Shown here: piece by piece, positions 27,401 to 40,510 of the stretch
How positions within the stretch are numbered: position 1 is the stretch's first letter
Layout: the number at the start of each line of letters is the position of its first letter
Assembly (NCBI GenBank): GCA_964016885.1
Contig: OZ024743.1
Coordinates: forward strand, 17,546,001 to 17,610,000
Direction of reading: 5' to 3'
DNA length: 64,000 bases
DNA from: Eledone cirrhosa
Lineage: Eukaryota
The notes under the pieces: model-generated
What the model was told of the DNA's origin: nothing
Seen by the model: only the letters and a program-made list of their open reading frames with translations
The model's database searches: none
Made by a program: the position numbers and the translations under genes

Positions 27401-28741
27401 AGTAAGGCATCTCCAGCTTAGTGTGTAGGGGGTTTTTGCTTGTTTTAAGTTATGTATGTGTCCCGCTAACGACGTGGTATTTTTAAGCTTCTCATTTCGG
27501 AAGCTATGCTGGTGGGCGTTGAATCTCGTCGTGAACTGGTTAGCGGTTGACCCCACATACGTCTTAGTATACGTGTCTGTGGTTACGTTACAAGCATATA
27601 CTACGTTCCTAATAAGGCAGTGTCCAGCTAGTGGGCATTTGTCCTTCCGTCTGCAATTACACTTTATAATAGGGTCATGCTCCTCAATCAGGGGTGCATG
27701 TCCCTCCAAGTGGCCGCGGGGCTGCCTAGTGGGACCGGTTCTATTGCCTGTTATCCCCCTGGGTCTTTCAGTCAGTGGGTCGGTCCCATGTTGTCGTGTG
27801 TACTGGCGTGGATAACTATTTAGGATGGCCTTAAGTCCCTCTTTAATCTTACTCTTATTGGTCTTAGCTAGGTGGGAGGCCAGATTAGGGGTTGTCGAGT
27901 ACGATAGTTTGATAGTATTCTTATTGATGATACTACCGTACCTACTACCTGGGGGGAAGTTCCTATCTATTAAAGAGAAAAAATATTTGGGAGGCCTGTA
28001 GTATTATTAGAGTTGAAGGGCGGGTTACAGAAGGTACTATCACGTCTTCTATTCCTTCCACTGCGTTTCTTATCCCCTATGCTGCTTACCCTCCCTTCAT
28101 CTAGATTATTACGGGTTCTACCAGGTGTGCTTGCTGGGCTCCCAGTGGTATGTGTGTTGGTCTCGAATCTCCTAGACCTCTGGCCCCCGTTTTCACTGTT
28201 GGACTTGCTTGGGGCGGCGTAATGCTTTCCAGCCGCGTGGGCCCTATCCGTGTCTGCATTGCGAGTGTTGTTGTTCTTAGCTAAATTCCTATTGTCCCTA
28301 TTCGTCTTTCTAGCTTTCCCTTCATCCCCCATGGACATATTATGCGTGATTACAGTGCTGGGTTGGTGTGGTGGGGTGGTGCCGCCTGCCTCAACATAAT
28401 GGAGTTTATCTTTGTGACCTGACCTAGCTAGCGCTTTATTGTAATACTCTGCATTTGCCTCAAATGTGGTCACGCTGCTAGATAGTCCGCTAATGCTACT
28501 AGATACTCCCTTAACTATTGCTTTGAGGACTGAGCCTGGGTGGTTGGAGTTGGCATTGACGTATGTCAGCCTCTCGTAATGACCCATCCATTTTACAACA
28601 CCTACAACTAATATAAAAGAGCCCCCTTAGAATATAGACCACACATATACAAGCGGAGCTGTTGATGTATACCACAATTTCAAACTGCTAATTTCGAGTG
28701 AAACGTTGATGTAAATAATGAACTTACAATCACCTGTTATA

Positions 28742-28788
28742 TGCCTTGAAAAGTCCCACCATATGGTGGGACGAAACGGCTGTCGGCA
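28742..28788 (+). ncRNA. Type I minimal hammerhead ribozyme, U3-A8 variant (inverted copy)
   Basis: Stem I TGCC/GGCA; core TTGAAAA; perfect 8-bp stem II GTCCCACC-atat-GGTGGGAC; GAAAC GGCT GTC cleavage site. Confidence 0.85.
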
Positions 28789-28945
28789 ATGAACTTTGTG
28801 TAATGTCATAATAGTTCCTTTGTTCTTTTTCATTAATATTTCTGCTCTGCTTATACGCATAGAGCTTAACTAGCTACCGTCGCATATTTGGTAGGTCAGG
28901 CGTGATCATCGCGATTCACGTACGACCTATCATACATCTTCCTTA

Positions 28946-29000
<55 letters not shown>

Positions 29001-29003
<3 letters not shown>

Positions 29004-29420
29004 TAAGAGGAATTCCAACTTTGTCTGATTTACTCGTTTTATTTACAATCCTTTAAAATATATATAATGGTATTATAATGAAATAGTATGATAGAATATT
29101 AAATTCTAAGTGTTAATTGAACAAGTACTTTCATGCTTTCGCAATCTTCAGGTTCATGATACGTGGTGACAGTCGAGTTTGCAATTTTCAACAGTTGAAA
29201 ATTGCAAACTCGACTGTCACCACATATCATGAACCTGAAGATTGCGAAAGCATGAAAGTACTTGTTCAATTAACACTTAGAATTTAATATTCATACTATT
29301 TCATTATAATACCATTATATATATTTTAAAGGATTGTAAATAAAACGAGTAAATCAGACAAAGTTGGAATTCCTCTTATTAAGATAATCTTCTATACACA
29401 ATCATACACACCCGTGTATA
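29001..29420. mobile_element. pLTR-only palindrome (~190-bp arms, centre 29193)
   Basis: 29001-29192 is the reverse complement of 29194-29381. HHR in each arm. Next to (TA)n. Confidence 0.9.
29230..29268 (+). ncRNA. Minimal hammerhead ribozyme (mirror copy at ~29118-29156, minus)
   Basis: TGAAC CTGAAGA T TGC gaaa GCA T GAAA GTAC TT GTTCA: 5-bp stem I and palindromic stem III. Confidence 0.8.
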
Positions 29421-29443
29421 TTTACCTATCTATATCTATATAC

Positions 29444-29492
<49 letters not shown>

Positions 29493-29494
<2 letters not shown>

Positions 29495-29600
29495 GTAATA
29501 ATAATAAATTTGAAGACTAAAATCCAAAGAGGGCTCGATAAGGATAAATATATATAAAATATATAAGAACCATAGAGCAAATATTTATTAAAATAACAGA
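29493..29600 (-). repeat. Solo PLE terminal fragment (family of 46652)
   Basis: Near-identical to 46652-46760. Confidence 0.85.
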
Positions 29601-29699
29601 TTTTAATAAATATATATATATATATATAACTATATATAATAATAATATTATTTATACATATATATACGCTATATGTAATCATAAACAGGAAAGGTCAGT

Positions 29700-32600
29700 A
29701 ATTAATTACCACCTTATTACCAGTAAGAATATTAAATAAATGCAAACTATATTCATATCACCATATTTATTCTATTTATATATTTCAAGGGTACCAAGAT
29801 GTTGGTACGCTGGTATGAAATAGTGATATCAAAACGATGTTTTCTATCGGCTCTTGTCCAGAGATGATTGTTGATATCAGTATGGGATCATCTGACTCGG
29901 TGCAAATAACGGATCTTGTGGGCGTATTTATTAATAATACACTGCATAGAAAAATGCCAGAGATGACCGGTGGTTTATATCGTGAGAATATACTACTTTT
30001 CATTGAAAACCATAGTAATTGTGAAATTAATAGGAAAGGAAAATCCATAATACAATCCTTCAATAATTATAACCTTAAGTTAGAAATAGAGAATAACTAA
30101 AAAATCTTTAACTTTTTAGACGTAACGTTAAACCTTAGCACAGGGCTCTACTATCCATTCCATAAAATTAATGATGTTCTAAATTGCGTAAGTTTTAACT
30201 CTAATCATCCTAGATCTATTAAGAACACTATTGTCAATAATGTCCAGCAACGAATTTCACGCATCTCTGCTAATAAAAAAATATTTTTGATGATAAGGCT
30301 GTATATTAAATGCATTGACAACAATAACATGGCAAATCACCCTACTATTAATTATAATAAGAATAAACAATTTAACTTAAACTCTAAAACAAACAAAATA
30401 ATTAGAATTAGAAATATTATTTTGTACTCGCCCCCATTCTCATTAAGCGTTAAAAGACCTTTAGCAAAGCTATACTTTAAAATACTAGACAACTGTTTTC
30501 CTAAAGCCCACAGATACCTCTCAATCTTTAACAGATATACTATAAACTTATCCTTATCTACTACTATGAACATAGCACAAAATATAAATAGAATTAATAA
30601 TAGAAACTTAAATGTAAACCCTAACCAAAATAACCTTAATAGCAATAATATATTTCTAGCAATATCCAAACTAATAGTACCGTTCCGAACAACGACAACT
30701 CCGTAAAATGTAAATGTAGAATCAAATCAAACTGCCCTTTACAAAATAAGTGTTTAGATAAAAACATAGTTTATAAATGCACAGTTAAAACTGAGATAAT
30801 ATATTTAACTATGTCGGTGTCACTTCTACAACATTTAAAGATCGCTGGAATAATCACAATCACTCTTTTAGCAGATCTGATAAAAAGTCTTCTACTTCCC
30901 TTTCGCATCTTATATGTAACTAAAAAAGCAAGAATATAGAATATTCAATATCTTGGAAAACGATTTCAAAAGCACCTGCGTACTGAAACACGGCTTTATC
31001 AAGATTCTGTAAATTGTGTTTTGAAGAAATTTTCTAAATAATTAACTGTCAAAACTCTATTAATCTCAGAACGTAGATAATTAGTTCTTGCAGACATAAC
31101 CAAAATTCTACATTCAGAACTATATGTAACTTATAATATACTTATAATATTCCTATTAATCTTCATAATGATCCTATCTGCTTTAACAATTTATATTTTT
31201 AATTCTATTAATGTATTAATATCTCTAAATCATAATATCTCTAAAATGTATTATAATATATATGTATGTGTATATGTGTATAGATATTTATATCTATTTA
31301 TGTACTTCTATATAATTCTAATTCTAATTTTAATTTTAATTTTAATTTTTAATTTTTAAATTTTTTCATTTTTAATTTTTATTTTTTTATTTTATTTATT
31401 TTTTTTAAATCTTTATTTTTCCAATGACACCCTCTAAAGCTAATTTTTAAATGTATTAACCATTAACTGTTTTGAGCTAAATGTATCCTATTCAAGAGGA
31501 TGTTTAAACATTCATATTTCTTTAGACTAAATAATTAATCCCACACTAACGAGTAACAACAAATCGGATTTATCTTTCCTTTTTCCAATCATAAAAAACT
31601 TTTTATACATGACTCCGTTAATTTAATTGAAAATATTATCAATTTTAACTACATATTCTTCCCTAGAAACTCATGTTACGAACAACCACCTACAACTTGA
31701 ACTACCTATTTATTTATTTATAAACACAAAATCAACTTCCCCCGTAACTCATATTATAAACAAATTATCCTTTTAATAAAAAATACATATGCTATCATTT
31801 ATATATTATTATAATAAGATAAATACTTACAAACATAATTCTCTATATAAATATATACATAATATAGACAATTGTCTGAAATATATTTCCCCCAAATTAA
31901 AGTTATAAGTGGTCTTCTTCTTCCTTTTCCTTTTCTTTTTTCTTCTTATTTAACGATAATCTATATAGCTTCGTTAAATTAACAATATTCTGAAAACATT
32001 CTTAATGTTGAACACATTTTTTGAATCGTCAAATTATTCTACTCTCTCAACTTGAAAATACAATTTCAACTTCCTTCGTAACTCATATTTGATATATAAA
32101 TAATCATACATACACAAATTATTAATATATATATAGATATTTGTATACACATTAGCATAAAAGTATTTAGAAGTTGGTAAGGTTGCCACGAGGAACCAGG
32201 TTTGGTAGAAAGATATGAGAGGAATATCGACAACGACTTTAGATTGTTTTTACATTATTTATTAACAAAGGTTAAGGAGTGAATTAAGCTGGCATGCCAA
32301 GAATAATGAAATAATTCAATTAAGATTACAAGAGAAAATACGGTCGACTGGCTGAGGCGTTTGGCCAGGTCCGTAGTAAAATGTTTGTGTCGTTACATAT
32401 TGTTTGTGCTTACGGAGCAAAAGAACAAGTGATGTTTACCTTAGCATGGTCAAGCTGCCAGAGAGAGATTCCTCAAATCTTCGCGGGCTATTTCTCCCCC
32501 AGGACGCGCAGGGATACATCCACTTCTCTTGGTGCTGATTTGCGGAGCTGAGCCAAATCACGCACAGAGAATGTATGTGAGCCCGCGGATTGTAGGTCAG

Positions 32601-35250
32601 TACAATACCCCCTTCTAGACGGAAGTCGATACAGATTATTGAATCAGCAAGAACAAATGCTGAAAGAGCACATCAGTGAAAAAATAATTGAGCAGAAGGA
32701 TGCATGCAAGAAAAAAAATGAGGCGCTACGGGAGAAAATGTTGGCCTCCCAGATGTATTGCCTAATGTGCTAGGAAGCCAGGAAAAAAATGGCTGGTTGC
32801 TTTGATAAGAAAAAAAAGCAAGCTGAATCTGTAGGTGGGTTGCAGTCCCACAAATCGGGCGAATCCACAGAAGTGGTGGAAATGCTGACAAGTCCAGTTC
32901 TATTTGTTGTTTTTCCGGTGAGTTGGGTAAGATAACAAGATAGAGGTTGTTATGGACGATGAATGTGCAAGGAGATGCGAAACTGTTTGAGTTAAGCTGC
33001 AATTAGCATTCTCGTGTTGCGGTGCAGGCGAATTAAGCTGCAAATGTCGATAGCATGTTTTGGTACCTCCAGAAGGTGAAAAGGGATTTCGCAGAATATT
33101 ACGACGCTTGACGATCACATACCATAGACAACAACATGTTGGTGTGTGTATATATGCAGGCATGTAATACAGCAAAGAAAATGTGTGCGTGCGGTCACAT
33201 ATACAATGAGAGAAAGAAATGAATTTTCATATAATACAGTTTAAAAAAAAATAAATGTCCAAAATAAATGCCTGAAAAAAAAAGGGAGAAAGAAAGAATT
33301 GTTTCTTTTCTTTTAACAAAAAGTTCGCTTCTTTTTTCTTTGGGAAAGCTCTTATTAGGGAGCTAGTAGAGTTGTTGCTGTTGTTAAAGCAAAGTCACAA
33401 TGAATCATCTGTAGAGTAGAAGTCGAGCGTTGAAGAACCTAGTGTCACCAACATGGCAGCCACGTCTGACGCCATAATGGTGAGAAAACTACTGTCTTAA
33501 TTTCTCGAGTCCCTGTGGTAACGAGACAGAAGGTATGGTGGTTGCGTCGGTAAAGTTACAAGCCGTTCCCTGGTGTTGGTTAATAGTTAGCCATGTGTTG
33601 CTGCTGATGGCTGGTACTTGGTGGTAGCCGTTTTGAAATTTCCTCGTGGCGTAAAGTTTTTGAAATACTGCTAATTTTTTTTCTAAAAATATTCTAAATA
33701 AAATTTGAATAATAAAAAAAAAAATATTTTCCATGAAAATTATTCGGCAAGAACATCCCAAGATGGCCGATCGAAAAATGTGTCCGTGATGAAGAAGCCG
33801 TCATGTGGCACGATGCAGCCAATCAGATGGCTGGGATTGAAGAAGACAAGGTGTACGCGGGAAAACAAAATGTTTGAGTCTCCATTTGTAATTTTAACAG
33901 AAGGTTGAAAGCAAAATTCTATATCCAGAGAAATCCCTTTTTTTATCAAACTATGCTTGCAAGGCAAGTTGTTCTTAGTCGGTGGTCACCGTACTCATTT
34001 TATCAACTAATTGAAATATACCAAACCACCTCAACCGGATAGAAGACATCGCATAATTTTCAATCCCAAAGAGAAATTGTTTGTTAGTCGTCGAAAAAAC
34101 TCTTTCCTTTGTGTTCGTCTTTATGCGTGAGTCACTAGTGTTACCATGAAAGTTATGACAGAAACATTGTGCAGGCCGCGTGCTTAAACAAATGGAATAT
34201 TATGAATTTTATGAACTTACGCTAAGTGAGTCTAGCTACCCTATTCGAACATTCCAAATGTTAAGCCACTCCACACAGCCATTAAAACGAATGGTGAATT
34301 CAAATAGGCTGCGTTTTCATACTTAATCGTCGAGGGTCACCAATTTGGCAGAAAAGTATTTAGAAGTTGGTAAGGTTGCCACGAGGAACCAGGTTTAATA
34401 GAATGATATGATAGGAATATCGACAACGACTTTAGCTTGTTTTTACATTACTTATTAACAAAGGTTAAGGAGTGAATTAAGCTGGCATGCCAAGAATAAT
34501 GAAATAATTCAATTAAGATTACAAGAAAAAATACGGTCGACTGGCTGAGGCGTTTGGCCAGGTCCGTAGTAAAATTGTTGTGTCGTTACATATTGTTTGT
34601 GCATACGGAGCAAAAGAACAAGTGGCGTTTACCTTAGCATGGTCAAGCTGCCAGAGTGAGATTCCTCAAATCTTCGCGGGCTATTTCTCCCTCAGGAAGC
34701 GCAGGGATACATCCTCTTCTCCTGGCGCTGATTGGCTGAACTGAGCCAAAACACGCTCAGAGAATGTACGTGAGCCCGCGGATTGTAGGTCACTACAAAC
34801 CTAACCTAATATAATAAGATAAAAATACTTACAACCATAATTCTTCATATAATCTAATTGATTATATATACAATAGTATAACTCATAATATAGGTAACCA
34901 ACCTTTTCCCCCCAAATTAACGTTATTGCTTTGTCTTTCTTCCTATGAATACAATAACTTATCATAAGTATTTAAATTTTCCATAGCGTCTAAAATAACG
35001 TTTTTTTCAACCCTTTTACATAAACATCATTTGCATACACATATTAATAATTTTAAATATCTGTTTTTTTTCTCTTCCCTTCGCTTTCCAGGAATAACTT
35101 GAACCGTTAAGGTATATTATACTTGGTTAGGTCAAATATTTATAAAACATTTCGTATTTTATCTGATGATAGCGTACACAAATGTTGGTACCCATGAATA
35201 ATAGAATCAATTTGGTTTATGAATATAGTTTCCATTTATTTTATATCATT
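29700..35250 (+). mobile_element. Decayed PLE: short inverted pLTR (29715-29810), RT/GIY-YIG (29820-31130), long AT-rich 3' region interrupted by an LTR element, pLTR near 35160-35250
   Basis: DISMGSSDSVQITDLVG, GGLYREN, FLDVTLNL, SNHP, YSPPFS, CKC..CPL, YVGVT, FCKLC. 29715-29810 mirrors 35170-35250, which has CTGATGA at 35163. Confidence 0.85.
32153..34797 (-). mobile_element. Internally deleted gypsy-like LTR retrotransposon (LTRs ~32153-32605 and ~34347-34797)
   Basis: ~450-bp direct repeats. On the minus strand the 5' LTR is TG...CA, followed by PBS TGGTGACCCtCGACG (tRNA-Trp-like), with PPT AAGGGGG before the 3' LTR. Internal remnant FQKL...GYHQVP (gypsy RT). Confidence 0.88.
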
Positions 35251-35997
35251 GTATATTTATATGAATGTATACACGCAATGTTTGATTTTACAAGGCACTA
35301 CAGTGTTCAGCTATCCAAGATACGCTTATGGAATGATCAAATGAAATGTACTTTTCAAAATAGTCCCTGAAAAGAAACATTGCATTTATTAAAAGGAAGG
35401 TATGGATTTCATGCATGCAAGATATTACAGCTCTAATATGGTTCCCTTCTAGCCAGCCAATGAAATGTTCAGCTGACCGTCTTATATTAAGTGATTTAAG
35501 AGATATTATATCGATAGGTACAGGGAAAGATATATATATATTGATTTTAATTTGATATCAGTATGTATATATGTATGTAACAATGTGTAAATTTCAACGC
35601 AAATCCGTGAAAGCGATAAATATTCTTTAAAAAAAAGCAAATTTGTTTCGTTAATCGCATTGAACAATTAGTTGTATTTGGTAAATCATAAAGAAACGAA
35701 CGTTGTAAGTTTTAAACAATATAGTGAGAGAACATTTCGTATTTGATCTCGATCATGGTTATCTAATGCAAACCATCTTGTCATTTTTGGTATGTAACGT
35801 TAAGCTTGGCACTAAACTTGGTGCAATCAACAATCTATACACAGACTAATGCACAGATGCACACGTACACCTAAGTATCTCTCTCTCTCCTTCTCTCTCT
35901 CTCTTTCTCTCTCTCCTTCTCCCCCTCTATATCTCTCCTTCTCTCTCTCCTTCTCCCTCTCTATATCTCTCTTTCTCTCTCTCTCTCTATATATATA

Positions 35998-36270
35998 TCA
36001 CCTTGATCACCTTGACCGACCAGTCTGTCGCGCGTACATTCGGCGACGCTGGTCACAGCACGTCGTGCTGTTTTAGCCTTAAGATAACGCCATCCCACTG
36101 GCTGGGCGGACAGGCCGGTACCTCTTCATCTCTTTTCTACAGCTAAGCAAACTGGAGCAACGGGAAATAAAGAGTTTGCTCAAGGAAACAACACATCACC
36201 CGGTCCGAGAATTGAACTCACAACCTTTCGATTGCAACCAAAATGTTCTAACCACTAAGTCATGCGCCTT
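35998..36270 (-). mobile_element. tRNA-derived SINE (CORE/Meta-like body)
   Basis: Minus strand gcgcatgacttagtggttaga...gagttcaattctc...gtttccttgagcaaactcttta: A/B boxes plus the conserved SINE core. Flanked by (CT)n. Confidence 0.8.
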
Positions 36271-36493
36271 CACCCCCCCCCCTCTCTCTCTCTCCCTCTC
36301 TCTCACTCTCTCTCTCACTCTCTATATATATATATATAGTTTTAATATAGATGAGATTCTACTGAGTACCTTACTTACTGTGGTTACCTCCGATTCAACC
36401 CGGAATAACGTATATATATATATATATATTTATATGTATATATATATATTAGTTTTGCGAGGTTTTTTATATGAAATCGTGTGTCGAAACAGA

Positions 36494-37372
36494 TATTGTT
36501 ATATTTGGGGAGGGTCATATTTGCGTAATATTGCCAGAATTAATAACAGAACACACTCACTGTTTGGTTGGTTTTCGCTTCTCGCTGTCTTTTATATATA
36601 TATATCTGTGATCTAACTTACTCGGTCCTCAATGTTGCCATTGACTGACCGGCGGTCAAAAATAATACAGATACAATATAGACAAACACATATATATATA
36701 GTTTACATAATTTACATAAATCTTTCGTTGCACATCTGCAACATCGTCAGTGGTGTTATATTCATTGCACCAAAGCTAAACAGAAAGAATGAGTGGAACA
36801 ACAACAACACCCAAACAAACAACACTGACCTAAGAGAAGTATAAATAAATAAGTAAATTAAATTAAATAAAATAAGATAAATAAATACATACACAAGCAC
36901 ATAAACACACACTAGTCACCCAGCAGACACAACACTATACACACTAGTCACACATCACACATAACACTATACACACACGCAAACGCATGCGCAAAGAAGA
37001 CAAAATAAAATAAGATAAACAAACAAGCAAATAAATAAATAAATATATAGACAGACTGAACAAAAAAAAAAAAAATGGCGTAGACATACAACACAACAGG
37101 AGGAACAATGAATATAACACCATTGACGATGTTGCAGATGTGCAACGAAAGATTTATGTAAATTATGTAAACTATATATATATGTGTTTGTCTATATTGT
37201 ATCTGTATTATTTTTGACCGCCGGTCAGTCAATGGCAACATTGAGGACCGAGTAAGTTAGATCGCAGATATATATATATAAAAGACAGCGAGAAGCGAAA
37301 ACCAACCAAACAGTGAGTGTGTTCTGTTATTAATTCTGGCAATATTACGCAAATATGACCCTCCCCAAATAT

Positions 37373-37378
<6 letters not shown>
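36494..37378 (+). mobile_element. Fold-back PLE (clade 2) reduced to the last codons + pLTR; arms 36494-36767 / 37105-37378
   Basis: PKLNRKNEWNNN matches 14626-14665. Arms reverse-complementary, with an HHR in each. Confidence 0.92.
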
Positions 37379-37793
<415 letters not shown>

Positions 37794-38649
37794 ATCTGAA
37801 CGTCTGTGTATGCATGTGCAATTATAAATTTGTGCTAATATATGTGCTTTTATTTGCGCGTAACATATTGTCTTTTATGTTTAAGAAATACTTTAAATAT
37901 GATTCCTTAGAACTCTTTGCAATAAATTTCAGAGTGATAATGTTACTGGCATCGTGTTTTGCATGAGATGCAGAAATCTATTTTAAATTTGCCAAGAAAT
38001 AAAAATCATTTTATGTTCGATATTCTTTTGTAGGTGAGAATCTTCGTGTAATATGTACAGGAAAGAATTTGTCAGCATATTCCGGGATCATAAACCATAT
38101 TATGTATGCTATATATTTACCCCTCTTCCGTTTCCTTATCCATGTGTTATTGTTTAGAATTGTGCACGTCTATATAACAGTTTAATTGTTTCTCCCACCA
38201 ACACACGATTTTCTCTTCTTTGCACATATCTTGAGTGATCACACACCTATTACATTTGGTGTATTCTCAGTATTTTATGTTCTGAACCGTTACAGACATT
38301 TACAGGTTGATCCCGAGTAAAATAAGCGTATGAATGTGCCGACTAATTGTATCATGTTTGTTTATGTATCTTCTTGACACATTCGAATGTTATTTTAAAA
38401 TAATTTCCACTTCTTAATATTATTTGAAACTTCCTTTGAATTATTCTTCTTTCCCTACTTATGCCAAGTGTCAAAATAGTACGTGAGGCAAAATTGGAAA
38501 ATACACATATTTTACAATCAATTGTCATACTAATGATGCCACATGTGTACAAAAACAGTACCAGTCAGCTCTATTCTCTGTATTACTTGCAGCGATGGCT
38601 TTCCAGGTATCCGGTCCAACTAATTTTCAGTATTCCTTTCCATCATTCC

Positions 38650-40140
38650 AAGCGTACTGTCCTTCACTGGTAATGTACAGGCTGTAAGATGCCACATTTT
38701 CACAATTTCAGTTAATAAACCTGTATACTTACAGATCTTTCCGACTCTTTCGAGGAAATATTACAATCTGATGGAAGGCACATATCAAATAAGGAATATG
38801 TTTTCTCTTTATAGTTATTCACAATAATATCAGGTCTATTGACCTTGACCTTTCTGTCAGTATTCACTGCGAAATTCCACAGGATTGTTATGTTCTAGCC
38901 TACTGTTACTGCATCTGGGTGATGGTTCTATCATATTCCCTCCGTTTTTAGACCCAAAACCCTGCACACAACAAGTGTAGTTATTGCCCAATTCTTAAAT
39001 GCCTCGTACTATATTTCTGGAGAGCTAATCATTTGAAGCCTGAAACCAGTCTGTCAATGGTCTGATCATAATCATTACAGGTTCAACACTTTTGGTCAAT
39101 TCCATTCCCAATCACATTGTTTTTAAAGTTGTACGTTAGAAGACGCACGTCTTATGCGCCTAAAATGAAGCCCCCACTCTCTGCGTGTAGCGTAGAACTA
39201 TAAAGCTACTGATGGGTCAGAGCTTGATCTATATCAGGTTGTTTGCCATGGAGAACATACTGCCTATACAGTGGGTTTTGTTCCCATGTAGTGTCCACTA
39301 TCTGTTGGCCTTCCTGTTTTACTAAAACTTTGATAGTATCAGCGGCTTTAATTGCAGGACCATCATTATTTTTAAACTGCATTCCCAATTGCTCCACAAA
39401 CTCCCGACATTCCTTTGTGACTGAATATATCTTTCTTCTCCTTTCGTGCACTGCGACAATTTTCATCATACAGGCACCTGTGGTTTTAAAATACTGATTG
39501 AGTCCAATGGACGATATCCTGTATGTAGGATCTAACCGTATCATTCTTCTACCCCAATTTTGTTTAATGAAATAGAAGCGATCCACATCTGCTTTTGAGT
39601 GATGTATTCTATTACAGGTCAAACGTTTCCTGAATTTGGTTTCCATGTTTAATTTCATTACTGTTTCAATTTATAATATTGAAACTATGGGTGACAACTG
39701 GGATTGCAAGCACATGTATGGCAGATAATTTATTTCCCGCGTTAAGCTCCATTTTCATGGTAGCACGTACCTTCCTGATTAATTTGACCTTCAATGAACC
39801 GAACATATATGTAGGAGTGTTATTGCTCTAGTTCCCTAACTACTCTATTCTTATATATATATAAGAATACAAGAGCAAGAATGATGGTGTCATCCTACTG
39901 ACATGGCTTAAAAAGATGCTGTTTGCATAATTGGCGACGAATCGAAAATAATTATTAATATTCGAAAATCTCAAATTACATTTATTGTATTAACCCATGT
40001 ATATACACATTCAATTTGTACTTGTCATTTTGCATTTCTTATATCTTGCTAAGACGCATTTTGTTCCAGTCCAATCTCCATCACCACATCATCGCTGAGC
40101 ACCTTGACTGTCTACAACAGTGCATCCAATTATTTGTCAA
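38650..40140 (-). mobile_element. Decayed R4/Dong-like RLE non-LTR retrotransposon
   Basis: ETKFRKRLT...HSKADVDRFY...WGRRM (ORF 39206-39658), then a decayed CCHC knuckle and ILWNFAVNTDRKVKVNRPDII. Confidence 0.8.
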
Positions 40141-40445
40141 AAGTGCGAAAAGTGCTTCCCCTGAGTATATGTACTAAAACGTGGGTGAATGTTGTGAGTA
40201 TGATCCGTGTGAAGGGGCCTATCATCTGGCTGATTTGAAGATGTAGTCTCGGAGCGTTGGGTGTTTCAGGATTGCTGAATTTCTTGAATAACCCCTGGGT
40301 GGCTCTCATTCCTATAGGCTAATATTTATTGTTATATTATCTATTTTATCTTCCGTTTCTACTCGACGTTTTGTAAGCAACAGCATCCCCTGTCCGTTGT
40401 TTTGTCCCCTATATACAGGCCCGTGTGTCCAATAAAGAAACCAAT

Positions 40446-40510
40446 TTCCTTCTTCTTCTTGTTCTCTTTCTTTTTCTTTTTCTTTTTCTTTTTCTTTTTC
40501 TTTTTCTTTT
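40446..40510. repeat. (TTTTTC)n/(TTC)n microsatellite
   Basis: Directly visible. Confidence 0.9.

Larger units (their letters stand above)
24321..28945 (-). mobile_element. Fold-back PLE with ~260-bp inverted pLTRs (24321-24578 / 28579-28838) and ~2.7-kb 3' region
   Basis: Minus-strand peptides YVNANSNHP, FCNPPFN, CNCR..CPL.GHCL..NVVY.C, YVGST, CSLC. Arms reverse-complementary. Confidence 0.92.

Noticed and set aside
38190-38320. Cys-rich minus-strand peptide resembling a piggyBac C-terminus
   Set aside because: Too short and interrupted; no TIR or TTAA support.
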